Source of the DNA: an uncultured bacterium
Lineage (GTDB): Bacteria; Armatimonadota; JACIXR01
Length of the DNA: 64,000 bases
Reading direction: 5' to 3'
Assembly: GCA_938041455.1 (NCBI GenBank)
Contig: CALITO010000021.1
Coordinates: 11,909-75,908 of the forward strand
In this document: piece after piece, positions 45,940 to 54,948 of the stretch
Layout of the letters: the number at the start of each line of letters is the position of its first letter
Numbering within the stretch: position 1 is the first letter of the stretch
The notes under the pieces: generated by a model
Databases searched by the model: none
What the model saw: the letters and a program-made list of their open reading frames with translations, nothing else
Told to the model about the DNA's origin: nothing
Translations under genes and position numbers: made by a program

Positions 45940-47978
45940 ATATAGGCGAAAAACCTTCCTTACCAAAAGATAAAAATAAGAAAAACTATTTAGCCTCAGT
46001 TTATTTGTTGTTGCTCTTCCTTTTCTCACCTCTCGTCCTACCTCGAGGAGTTGTGCCCGAGAGCGTCCAGCAGAGGGTTAACGCAATCGCTGCCCAAATA
46101 AGACCAGCCCTGGTGAAAATCTACGCTGTCATCCCGGAGTATCAAGGGGGTAGGGAAATAAAGATGGAAGTGGGCGGAAGTGGGACGATCATCCATCCTG
46201 ACGGTTTCGTCCTAACCAATTACCATGTGGCAGGGAGGGCGAGTTATGTTAGATGTATCCTCGCTAATGGTGAGGAAATAGACGCTTACTATTACGCTGG
46301 CGACCCGCTCACCGACCTCGCTATCGTCAAACTAAAGGACCAAAGGAAATTCCCTTATGCTAAATTCGGCGATTCCTCCAAACTAAAAATTGGTGATTGG
46401 GTAATAGCGGCGGGTAGTCCATATGCCCTTTCCCAGTCCCTAACCCTTGGCATAGTGAGCAATACGAAACTTGTTGAGCCGGAGATTTTCTCCCGTTTGG
46501 AAAGGCTGGAAATAGAAGGCGAGAATGTGGGGAGTATGATAACCTGGATTGGACACGATGCCCCCATATACGCTGGAAACTCGGGCGGACCACTTCTCAA
46601 TTTAGATGGGGAAATAGTGGGAGTGAACGAGATGAAAATCGGTTTGGGTGGGGCTATCCCCGGTAACATTGCCAAGAAAGTGGCGGAGGAATTGATAAAG
46701 AACAAAGAAATCCAGAGAAGCTGGTTAGGTATAGAGATACAGCCTTTGCTTGCCACCTCTAAGATGAAAGAGGGGGTCCTTATTTCAAGTGTGATTAAAG
46801 GCTCACCTGCTGAAAAGGCTGGTATCTTGCCGGGGGATATAATCCTCCAAATAGGTGATGAGAAAGTGAAGGTTGAAACGGTAGAGGATATGCCCGAATT
46901 TAATCGGTTGACCTCGGAGCTCCCCCTTGACCGCGATATAAGAGTTCTCCTTTTGCGGGAGGGAAGGAAAAGAACCACATTCATAAGACCGGTTAAGAGG
47001 GAACGCGCCTACTGCGAGATAAGGGAGATAAAAAGATTAGGCATAACTGCAAGAGATATTTCCCCCTACGAGGCGATCGAGTTGAGGAGAGATTCTCAAG
47101 AGGGGGTAGTAATAACTAGCGTGAGAGCGGGTGGACCTGCAGGAGAAGCTAAACCACCCCTCCAGGAGAAGGATGTTATTATGGAGGTGGAGGGGAAAAA
47201 GATAAAGAACATAGAGGAGTTGACCAAATATCTTGAGGAACTAAAAGGGGATGCGTTGGTCAGCCTTCGCTTTGAGAGGAAGAAGGAGAATATGCTCACC
47301 GTTTTGCGACTGGGGGAGGAGAAGGAGGTGGAGGCAATACCTTATGCGAAGAAAGGATGGCTTCCCCTTTCTGTTCAGAGCTTGACCGATGATATAAGAG
47401 AGAAACTCGGCTTGAATAAAAGAGGAGTGATTGTGACAAGGGTCTTCACTAAGGAAGAAACATTTCCCCTCAAAGTGGGAGATATGATTGTAGAGATTGA
47501 GGGGGAGAGTTTGCCGATCCGTTCTCCCGCTGATAAGGCGGTTTTCTTTGAGAAACTTTCAAACTATCGCGTGGGGGATGAGGTTGAACTAACAATCATA
47601 AGAGAGGGAAGGGAGATAAGGGAAAAGGTGAAGCTCTTAGCTGAACCGCCGGGCAGGGAGGAAACGGCGAAGTATAAGGAATCCACTTTGGGGATGACGG
47701 TACGGGATTTATGTTTTGATGATTTAAAAGCGATAGGGGAAGAGAAAGAAGGGGTTATAGTGGAGGCCATAGAAGAAGGTGGTTGGGCTTCCCTGGCGAG
47801 ATTGAATGTGGGGGATTTAATTCTCAAGATAAATGGAAAAAAGGTCAAGAACATCAACGATTTCCAAGAGATAATGAAGCGATTGAAAGGAGAAAAGAAG
47901 GACATAGTTTTCTTCATAGAAAGGGATATGGGGACTCGTTTTATAGAAATTAAAAACTTAGTATGGGAGGTAAAATAA
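45936..47978 (+). CDS. htrA: HtrA/DegP-family periplasmic serine protease with four PDZ domains
   Basis: 680 aa with a signal peptide. The trypsin-fold catalytic residues are TNYHV (His), DLAIV (Asp) and GNSGGPLLNLDGEIVGVN (Ser). Four PDZ-like segments follow it (ISSVIKGSPAEKAGILPGDIIL..., VVITSVRAGGPAGE..., GVIVTRVFTKEET...VGDMIVEIEG, GVIVEAIEEGGWASLARLNVGDLILKING). Confidence 0.85.
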   Translation: MNIGEKPSLPKDKNKKNYLASVYLLLLFLFSPLVLPRGVVPESVQQRVNAIAAQIRPALVKIYAVIPEYQGGREIKMEVGGSGTIIHPDGFVLTNYHVAGRASYVRCILANGEEIDAYYYAGDPLTDLAIVKLKDQRKFPYAKFGDSSKLKIGDWVIAAGSPYALSQSLTLGIVSNTKLVEPEIFSRLERLEIEGENVGSMITWIGHDAPIYAGNSGGPLLNLDGEIVGVNEMKIGLGGAIPGNIAKKVAEELIKNKEIQRSWLGIEIQPLLATSKMKEGVLISSVIKGSPAEKAGILPGDIILQIGDEKVKVETVEDMPEFNRLTSELPLDRDIRVLLLREGRKRTTFIRPVKRERAYCEIREIKRLGITARDISPYEAIELRRDSQEGVVITSVRAGGPAGEAKPPLQEKDVIMEVEGKKIKNIEELTKYLEELKGDALVSLRFERKKENMLTVLRLGEEKEVEAIPYAKKGWLPLSVQSLTDDIREKLGLNKRGVIVTRVFTKEETFPLKVGDMIVEIEGESLPIRSPADKAVFFEKLSNYRVGDEVELTIIREGREIREKVKLLAEPPGREETAKYKESTLGMTVRDLCFDDLKAIGEEKEGVIVEAIEEGGWASLARLNVGDLILKINGKKVKNINDFQEIMKRLKGEKKDIVFFIERDMGTRFIEIKNLVWEVK

Positions 47979-48757
47979 TGAAAAGGTTTGTGCTGTTCAG
48001 TTTTTTGGTGTTGGCTATGGGCGGGTTTTCGCTCGCCCAAATAGATAGGGAACAAGTGAGGAAACTTGTGGATACCTACAAAAACGCCGCTCTGAAGGTC
48101 AAGGTGATAATTACCTACTGGAGCGTCTTCGGAGGGCAGGAATCGAGCAAGGAGGAAACTAAATACGAGGTTATGGGAACTGTTATAGATAAGAATGGCA
48201 CCATCGTTACCTCAGCCTTCGCCGTTGACCCTTCTAAACTATTCCAACGGCTCTTCAGCGAAGAGGGAGGTTATCAGATGAAAAGCGAGCTCAAGGAAAT
48301 CAAGATAATCCTGCCCGATAATAAGGAGGTAGAGGGGAAAATTGTATTAAGGGATGATAAACTGGACTTGGTCTTCCTGAGGCCAAAATCTCCCCCCCAA
48401 GATGGGCAATTCAATAGCGTGGACTTGGATAACTCCACGGAGCCCCAAATTCTGGACGAGGTGATAAGCATCCAAAGAATGGATGAAGATGTTGACAGAA
48501 CTATATTCGTTGCGCTTTCCCGAATTGGTGGAATAATAACCAAACCCAGGCTCTATTATCTGTCAATGGATATGTTGGAACCGGGGACTCCGGTTTTCTC
48601 TCTGGATGGTAAGTTGGTGGGCTTAAACACGGTTAGGGTGACGGAGACGGAGGGTTCTTCTTACCGTTTCTTCTCAACGGCCACCAGTTCTCCTGTTTCT
48701 TCCGTGATTCTTCCAGCGAAAACTATAAAGGAGAGTGCTGCTCAGATAAAGGAGTGA
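47978..48757 (+). CDS. Secreted trypsin-fold-like protein lacking the GNSGG catalytic serine motif, a likely inactive HtrA-like paralog
   Basis: It has a signal peptide (MKRFVLFSFLVLAMGGFSLAQ). GTPVFSLDGKLVGLNTV occupies the position of the protease GNSGGP...LDGEVVGVN but has no Ser nucleophile and no TNxHV histidine motif. A GGGAGG RBS lies 7 nt upstream of the ATG at 47978, and the start overlaps the htrA stop as TAATG. Confidence 0.45.
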   Translation: MKRFVLFSFLVLAMGGFSLAQIDREQVRKLVDTYKNAALKVKVIITYWSVFGGQESSKEETKYEVMGTVIDKNGTIVTSAFAVDPSKLFQRLFSEEGGYQMKSELKEIKIILPDNKEVEGKIVLRDDKLDLVFLRPKSPPQDGQFNSVDLDNSTEPQILDEVISIQRMDEDVDRTIFVALSRIGGIITKPRLYYLSMDMLEPGTPVFSLDGKLVGLNTVRVTETEGSSYRFFSTATSSPVSSVILPAKTIKESAAQIKE

Positions 48758-49872
48758 TCTTTATGAAATGGTTTGAGGAAGAGGAAATAGAAAGGAGGAA
48801 GGAATTCCTCACCCACCTTTGGCATCTGGATAGGGTAGAGCGGCCGGGCTATATGCTGAACGGCTTCGCGGTAGGCGATGAGAAGGACCCCGATAGACCG
48901 CCTTCTACCACGACGAGGGAATATTTCTTAAACTGGGAGGTTATGCTTAAATCCCAACTATATGATATGAAGTTGAGAAGCCAGTTGAAGGACGATTATG
49001 TCCCCAACCTCTTTCCCTATCTGGGAACGGGTGTTTTGGCTTCTGCCTTCGGCTGTGAGATAATCTACCCGGAAGTAGAACAGCCGTGGACCAAGCCCCT
49101 CGTCCGCTCTCCCGAAGATGTTTATAAGCTCAAGGAGCCCGAACCAACGGGAGGGCTTCTTAAAGAGGTTTTGGAACTAACCAGGTTTATGGCGGATAAG
49201 ACGAATGGAGCCCTACCCATAAGAGTGACGGACATTCAGGGTCCTCTGGACACTGCCTCACTCGTCTGGGAATATCCTTCATTCCTAACCGCTATGTATG
49301 AGGCGCCTGAAGCGGTTCACACCCTTTTGGATATGGTGACGAATTTGATAATTGACTTCGTCTCTCTCCAAAGGGAAACCTGTGAAGAATTGGGAGTTGA
49401 ATTCGTTCCCAATCATTGCCCGGGAGTTTGGGTTCCTGAGGATTGGGGGATTTCCATAAGTGAGGACTTGATCGCGGTGGTTTCGCCCCATCTCTATGAG
49501 GAGTTTGCTCTTCCCTATAATCAGAGGCTCTCTGACGCCTTCAACGGCTTACATATCCATTCCTGCGGGAACTTCACCTTCAATTACGAGAACCTCCTTA
49601 GGATAGACAAGTTGAGGGGAGTGGATATGGGGGTGACGGAGACGGACTATCCCAAGGCGGTAGAAGTCCTTGGGAATAAATGCTTGTTGATCCCTCGTAT
49701 CGGCTTTGTAGGGCTGGATAGGATAGTTAACCTTCCTTCAACGAATGAATATCTGGACTATGTAATGGAGAGTTCCGACGATGCGAACATCTTCGTCTTC
49801 ATAGACAAATTTGGAGCAGATGTGGAACTGGAGAGGTTAAAGGAAAAACACGGTTGGATTAATGGGAAGTAA
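48754..49872 (+). CDS. Uroporphyrinogen decarboxylase (URO-D) family protein, second paralog
   Basis: It has 372 aa and the URO-D family architecture. The assignment rests on family-level similarity only. Confidence 0.4.
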   Translation: MIFMKWFEEEEIERRKEFLTHLWHLDRVERPGYMLNGFAVGDEKDPDRPPSTTTREYFLNWEVMLKSQLYDMKLRSQLKDDYVPNLFPYLGTGVLASAFGCEIIYPEVEQPWTKPLVRSPEDVYKLKEPEPTGGLLKEVLELTRFMADKTNGALPIRVTDIQGPLDTASLVWEYPSFLTAMYEAPEAVHTLLDMVTNLIIDFVSLQRETCEELGVEFVPNHCPGVWVPEDWGISISEDLIAVVSPHLYEEFALPYNQRLSDAFNGLHIHSCGNFTFNYENLLRIDKLRGVDMGVTETDYPKAVEVLGNKCLLIPRIGFVGLDRIVNLPSTNEYLDYVMESSDDANIFVFIDKFGADVELERLKEKHGWINGK

Positions 49873-49932
49873 ACAACGGTGATAAAAAATTTGAAATACT
49901 CGCGTTGCTCCCAATCGGCTTAGGAATGTGCT

Positions 49933-50634
49933 TTATGGCAAAAGCCTTTCCGCTCGTAATCTGCCCCAGAGTTGGGCAGTTTGGAATGCTTCTGCATAAA
50001 GAACCCCGCATTGAAGTCCCCTGAACTTCGCCATCGTCTCTATGAGATTTATTGGGTCAGCCTGATGGTGTCCGCTAAGCCACTTGTATTGGCTCTCGTG
50101 ACAAAGAAGCATCTCCTTCTTCATTTGGAAGAAATCCGTTATATCAACATAATCTGTAGGTTCAAAGCCTATTCCAGCGAGTGTATCCATATAGAAAATG
50201 GGAACTATCGGTTCGTGAGTGGGCTGGCCTGTTTTGTAGAGGGGCAGAGTGGCGGTGAAACTCGCTTCGAACACCAGCTGGGAGGTTATCGTATGGTCTG
50301 GCATATAGTCGTTGGGACTGTGGGTTATTATGATATCTGGCTTAGCGTATCGTATTATATCAACAACTTTTATTCGCATATCTTTGGTAGGGTAGAGGTC
50401 TAAGTCATCTGCAATTGGTCCCAAAACCTCTGCACCTATAATATCTCCCGCTTTTTTTGCTTCTTTATCCCTTATCTCTGCTAACTTGTCCGGCTCTATT
50501 TCCCTTCCTCCCATATTCCCGCTGCAAAGATGGACCATTACCACCTCATCTCCGCGCTTCGCAAATTTGGCCAGAGTCCCTCCACAAAGAATCTCAAGGT
50601 CGTCGGGATGCGCCCCGATAGCAAGGACTCGCAT
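49933..50634 (-). CDS. PIG-L/LmbE-family N-acetylglucosaminyl deacetylase
   Basis: The N-terminus MRVLAIGAHPDDLEILCGGTLAKF carries the AHPDDE zinc-binding signature. It is 233 aa. Confidence 0.8.
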   Translation of the reverse strand: MRVLAIGAHPDDLEILCGGTLAKFAKRGDEVVMVHLCSGNMGGREIEPDKLAEIRDKEAKKAGDIIGAEVLGPIADDLDLYPTKDMRIKVVDIIRYAKPDIIITHSPNDYMPDHTITSQLVFEASFTATLPLYKTGQPTHEPIVPIFYMDTLAGIGFEPTDYVDITDFFQMKKEMLLCHESQYKWLSGHHQADPINLIETMAKFRGLQCGVLYAEAFQTAQLWGRLRAERLLP

Positions 50635-50647
50635 ATTCCCTCCTTCC

Positions 50648-51598
50648 TCAATTGCACTCAGGAATTAATGGACCGGCGAGTTCCTTTAAGAAGAAGAGTC
50701 TGCCGGGAAGGGTAGGCATAAAACTGCTCGGCACCCAGATATCGGGACCATATCTAAGGGTGACCCAGAGACTCATTCCCTGCCACATCATTCCCCTACC
50801 TAATGCCCCGTCTGCTCCCCCGATGATCTTATCCGCTTTTAAGAATATCCCCGGTCCAATTGTATTTGCGAAACAGGGGACAAGCGTGGTTCTGCTCTTG
50901 AAACTCGTTATTGCATTCTGTTCAATTGTAAGGGGGTGGAGTCTAGCTCCCAGTCTATGTGTTTGTTTTTTCCATTCCTCCTCTGAGGAGAATTCCTCAG
51001 CGAAATGGGGTTCCCAAAAGGCTATATGGAAGACCCTTCCTATTCCAAACACTAACACCATCTTCGCACCTTCTCTTCTTAGTTCCTCTATCATCTCCGG
51101 ATAGCGAGGCAGAAGTTCCTTAGTAGCAAAGAACCTGTGCTCCTTGGGAACGGTCAACTCGCCCAAAGGGTTGTAGAAAGCGTTCTCCATAGCATTTTGG
51201 AAAGCACCCGGTTCAGTGGGTGGAAGGGTATTGCCATCCTTGTCGCTCCACTCGTCCATATTGAAGCAGTAGATATGCCTGCAATCCACTCCCCATTCTC
51301 TGAGAAAATAGACCACCCATCTATACATCCCCATAGGTCCCACGGGAAGGATGAGAATGAGCTTCTGTCCCCTCTCCTTCGCTTCGCATATCTCAACTGC
51401 TATCTCATGTCCCATCTTAATGTTGAATTCCTCCAAGGTCTCGCATGGTATGGGCTGAAAGTCCTTATGCCACCAGGGCTGTCTCTCCAATATCTTTTCC
51501 GGCGGATTAGAACAACATTTATCTATCTTCTCCAGATCCCAACCCTTAGGGAAGAAGTTCTCCAGCAGAGAACCCTTAATGGTAGTTATTAAATTCAT
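50648..51598 (-). CDS. Glucosamine-6-phosphate deaminase/isomerase (NagB)-family protein with an N-terminal ~50-aa extension
   Basis: [16 protein letters not shown] and [14 protein letters not shown] align with the NagB motifs GLPTGGTP, FNMDEY and GGIGxDGHIAFNEP. Confidence 0.6.
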   Translation of the reverse strand: MNLITTIKGSLLENFFPKGWDLEKIDKCCSNPPEKILERQPWWHKDFQPIPCETLEEFNIKMGHEIAVEICEAKERGQKLILILPVGPMGMYRWVVYFLREWGVDCRHIYCFNMDEWSDKDGNTLPPTEPGAFQNAMENAFYNPLGELTVPKEHRFFATKELLPRYPEMIEELRREGAKMVLVFGIGRVFHIAFWEPHFAEEFSSEEEWKKQTHRLGARLHPLTIEQNAITSFKSRTTLVPCFANTIGPGIFLKADKIIGGADGALGRGMMWQGMSLWVTLRYGPDIWVPSSFMPTLPGRLFFLKELAGPLIPECN

Positions 51599-51631
51599 AA
51601 GTCTTCGCCTCCTTCCGTTTTCTCGTCAAGT

Positions 51632-53209
51632 TTATTTTACTTTCTTTAGTATAAACACCTCCTCCTTATCAGAAAAGAGGGGGAGTTTACCTTCTTTCAC
51701 CTCCATTCTTGCATTTTTTTCCTCCTTACATTTCACAGGGTCAAGGAACCTCACTTCAAAGCTTCCAGAGAGGCCTTCCAGGATAACATTTCCTCCCTCT
51801 GGTAGATAAAGCAACAGGACGGACTTATCCTCTGAGGCTAGGCAAATGGGGTGTTTTTCTCCTTCCAATTTAAAATAGGGTTTCATATTCCACCACTGGA
51901 GGGAGGTTATCACCCGATACATAAATTCCAAATAGGGATAGAGTTTGCCAGCTGGTTTCATAAGAGTTCCCATATTGCTGAAATGTATGCCCCGTTCCCC
52001 TATCTCGCGAGGAGGGGTCACTTCGTCGCCATAGGAGAGGTAGGCTCCGCTCAGTAGAATCGTCCACGAACCCCTCCGCATATTATCAATATCGAGCCCT
52101 GCCTCCCCTTGATAGCCGTTTCCCTCCCAGATACATTCCTGTGCAAGTATTGGTTTTTCTGCTACTTCACGAATTTCCTTCATAGTGTTCCCATACTTCC
52201 AATAGTCCCGATCGGTAAGTTTGTCCTGGAGGGTGAAGTAGTCATAAAGTTGGGAAGAAGGGATTTGCAAAGCTTTCCTACTATAATTCCGGGAGTGAAC
52301 ACTTATGAGTCTCTTCCAAGGGTCATATTTTCTGATCAAGCTGAGTATTTGGAGGACTTCCTCAGGTTTAAATCCTTCCTCCCATTCCGATATCGGTTGG
52401 AAAGTAACATTATAAAAACCTGACCAGCGGGCGGTCCAATATCTTATGAAATTTTCCCATTCCTCTTCGGGCATCCTTGGCACATTATTTGTTCCCCCGA
52501 AGATGTTAAAAGGAATGAGGAACATATTCCTTTTTTTAAGGGCGAATATAACCTTATCCATATTCCTCCAGAAGCGGAGGTCATAGCGAGAGAAATCAAA
52601 TCCACTTCCTGTGTTAACCCAGGGAGCGCGGTAACCTACGCCTGGCGTCTCACTTAAACCACAGTGGGGGCCAACGATTGTGTTGAAGCCATATTTTTGA
52701 AGGAAATCGAGGGTTTCCTCCAAAACGCCAAGTTCGGGGAGGACATCCACCTCTCCAGCTTCGAAGGCGAACATATAAAAGGGAGTTCCATCCGCATAGG
52801 AGAACCAAATTTTATTCTTTTGGTAAATTTTCAAAGGTCCCTTTATTTTAGAAGGGATACAGATAAAGTTCCCTTCCAAGGGTTTTTTTGAAGCATCGGA
52901 GAAATAAATTTTATACCTCCACTCGCCTTCTCTGTCGGGCATAAAACGAATTTTCCAAACTGTTCCCCCATCGTAAAAGCCGTAGAGCTTCTGCTCGCTC
53001 TTGCTCGGGATGTGGGTGAATTCCCCTATAAGTAAAACATCTTGAAAAGGGTTGTCATAGATCTTCTCATTTTTCAATGAAAGCTCCAACAAGTCCCATT
53101 TTCCTACCTTTACATCTCCCTTAGCCGGCAGGGAAAATAGCAAAATAGTAAGGAATAAAGGTAATTTTTTAAATATGCACTTCCCAGAAAAGCCACCTTT
53201 CATAGCATT
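51632..53209 (-). CDS. Secreted putative glycoside hydrolase (DUF5060 N-terminal domain plus DUF4038-like TIM barrel)
   Basis: It has a signal peptide (MKGGFSGKCIFKKLPLFLTILLFSLPAKG), then a beta-sandwich N-domain and a TIM-barrel-like core. The start was chosen at the internal Met, which removes the overlap with the next gene. Confidence 0.4.
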   Translation of the reverse strand, partial: NAMKGGFSGKCIFKKLPLFLTILLFSLPAKGDVKVGKWDLLELSLKNEKIYDNPFQDVLLIGEFTHIPSKSEQKLYGFYDGGTVWKIRFMPDREGEWRYKIYFSDASKKPLEGNFICIPSKIKGPLKIYQKNKIWFSYADGTPFYMFAFEAGEVDVLPELGVLEETLDFLQKYGFNTIVGPHCGLSETPGVGYRAPWVNTGSGFDFSRYDLRFWRNMDKVIFALKKRNMFLIPFNIFGGTNNVPRMPEEEWENFIRYWTARWSGFYNVTFQPISEWEEGFKPEEVLQILSLIRKYDPWKRLISVHSRNYSRKALQIPSSQLYDYFTLQDKLTDRDYWKYGNTMKEIREVAEKPILAQECIWEGNGYQGEAGLDIDNMRRGSWTILLSGAYLSYGDEVTPPREIGERGIHFSNMGTLMKPAGKLYPYLEFMYRVITSLQWWNMKPYFKLEGEKHPICLASEDKSVLLLYLPEGGNVILEGLSGSFEVRFLDPVKCKEEKNARMEVKEGKLPLFSDKEEVFILKKVK

Positions 53210-53222
53210 CATCTCCTTTCTC

Positions 53223-53954
53223 CTATCTTTCCGGACCAATGCTTCTGAAGAGATACTCACACAGTTTCAAGTTATCCAGCTTCTCTATTGCGAAGTTGTC
53301 CCAGAAAACAGAAGTTCCAAGGGCAATCAATTCTCCTTTACCTATGCTTCTACTCGCTCCCAGAATTATATTACTACCAGCGATATCGCTAAGGGCGCTT
53401 TCCTCTCCCAGAATCAAAACCTCTACTTCTTCTCCAATTTCAAGGGAAGCGCTACAGGGGAAGAATATTTGGGAAACGCCCTTCAAGCCGGGGGAGAACT
53501 TGGATGTCGTTATCAAAAGGGGGTCATTATCCATACAGTGGAGAGGGTCTATCACCTCGTCATCCCTGAATTTTATCCCCCATTCCTCTGTTAGTGTATT
53601 ACAGATACCCGCGACTCTATCGGAACAGCGATAATAAGCGGTTACTATGACCCTTCCACCTGCTTCCATAAACCTCTTTATGTCCGCTTTTTCCCGAGGG
53701 GAAAAGGGTTCTTCTGGATAGCAGAGAACCAAGATATCGAAAGCGGAAAGGAACTTAAATGCTAACTGTTCCTCTCTTTCCTCAAAATTTATTCCCCATT
53801 CTTTCAAATAAGTTGCGAGTTTGGAGAAATAGTAATGGTCGGATAAGCTGAATTCCCTATGGCGAACATCCCAAAGCAATTTTCTCACTACTCTACTACA
53901 CCCCCTCTTCCCATCTATGTGGTAAGAGGTGGGTTGTATACATTCTATAGGCAT
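53223..53954 (-). CDS. Hypothetical protein (243 aa), possibly class I glutamine amidotransferase-like/ThuA-like fold
   Basis: It is an ORF with no strong motif. The start is uncertain, and a GTG at ~53891 would remove the 59-nt overlap with dgt. Confidence 0.3.
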   Translation of the reverse strand: MPIECIQPTSYHIDGKRGCSRVVRKLLWDVRHREFSLSDHYYFSKLATYLKEWGINFEEREEQLAFKFLSAFDILVLCYPEEPFSPREKADIKRFMEAGGRVIVTAYYRCSDRVAGICNTLTEEWGIKFRDDEVIDPLHCMDNDPLLITTSKFSPGLKGVSQIFFPCSASLEIGEEVEVLILGEESALSDIAGSNIILGASRSIGKGELIALGTSVFWDNFAIEKLDNLKLCEYLFRSIGPER

Positions 53955-54948
53955 AATGGTCAGTCATACCGGCGATGAAATCGCAGACCGCTCTTGCCAT
54001 ACCTTCTCTTGTCCCCATAGTGAGGAGGAACTCGGGAAGGAGTTGGGGGTTTTCCATATAGAATTCGAAAAGCTCATTAAGGAGCCTCTTTGCCTTAGCC
54101 AGTTCGTTGAGTATCAGAGGGTGGCTATAGACCCTTTGATAAAGGAAATCCTTCATCTCCTCCATAGCGGAAAGGACATCCTCAGAGAGGGAAATGAGGG
54201 GTTTACCTTCGCTTTCTCTAATAATATCCTGCACCATTTTCCCTATTCTCTCCGAGTGGGTTCTCCCCAACACCCCCTGCCACCGGGTAGGGATGTCCCC
54301 TTCTTTTAGCAATCCCGCTCTAATAGCGTCGTCTATATCATGATTTATGTAAGCTATGCGGTCCGCTACCATCACTACCTGTGCCTCAAGCGTTGCTTTT
54401 CCCTTCTCTCGCAGGGCATCCTTTAAATTCTCCATTCCCTTACTATGGTAGAGAATACCCTCCCTAACCTCGTAAGTGAGGTTCAATCCTTCTCCATTGT
54501 TCTCCAGGAAATCCACTACTCTCAGTCCCTGTTCATCGTGATGGAAATGTGCAGGAGGGGTGTATTTTCCCAAAATTTCATCTAAGGCATCCTCGCCAGC
54601 GTGCCCGAAGGGAGTATGTCCGATGTCGTGAGCTAAAGAGATAGCTTCTATTAAATCCTCGTTAAGCCGCAATGCTCTCCCTATCGTGCGGGCTATTTGG
54701 GATACCTCAAGGGTATGGGTGAGGCGGGTGCGATAATGGTCGCCTTCGGGAGCAATAAAGACCTGCGTTTTATGCTTTAATCTCCGAAAAGCCTTGCTGT
54801 GAATTATCCTATCCCTATCCCTCTGGAAATCCGTCCTTATAGCGCATTTTTCCTCCTCTCTCCGCCTTCCTCTGCTATTACAAGATAAAGTTGCGAAGGG
54901 AGATAAAAGTTCTTTTTCCTTTTGCTCCACATATTCACGAGGAAGCAT
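53896..54948 (-). CDS. dgt: dGTP triphosphohydrolase-like HD-domain protein (Dgt family)
   Basis: 350 aa. RTRLTHTLEVSQIARTIGRAL...LAHDIGHTPFGHAGE is the HD-domain signature of dNTP triphosphohydrolases. Confidence 0.8.
   Translation of the reverse strand: MLPREYVEQKEKELLSPFATLSCNSRGRRREEEKCAIRTDFQRDRDRIIHSKAFRRLKHKTQVFIAPEGDHYRTRLTHTLEVSQIARTIGRALRLNEDLIEAISLAHDIGHTPFGHAGEDALDEILGKYTPPAHFHHDEQGLRVVDFLENNGEGLNLTYEVREGILYHSKGMENLKDALREKGKATLEAQVVMVADRIAYINHDIDDAIRAGLLKEGDIPTRWQGVLGRTHSERIGKMVQDIIRESEGKPLISLSEDVLSAMEEMKDFLYQRVYSHPLILNELAKAKRLLNELFEFYMENPQLLPEFLLTMGTREGMARAVCDFIAGMTDHYAYRMYTTHLLPHRWEEGV

Noticed and set aside
53896-54948. dGTPase as an anti-phage dGTP-depletion defence gene
   Set aside because: It sits in a housekeeping context next to glyQS, with no other defence genes. 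It is most simply the housekeeping Dgt.
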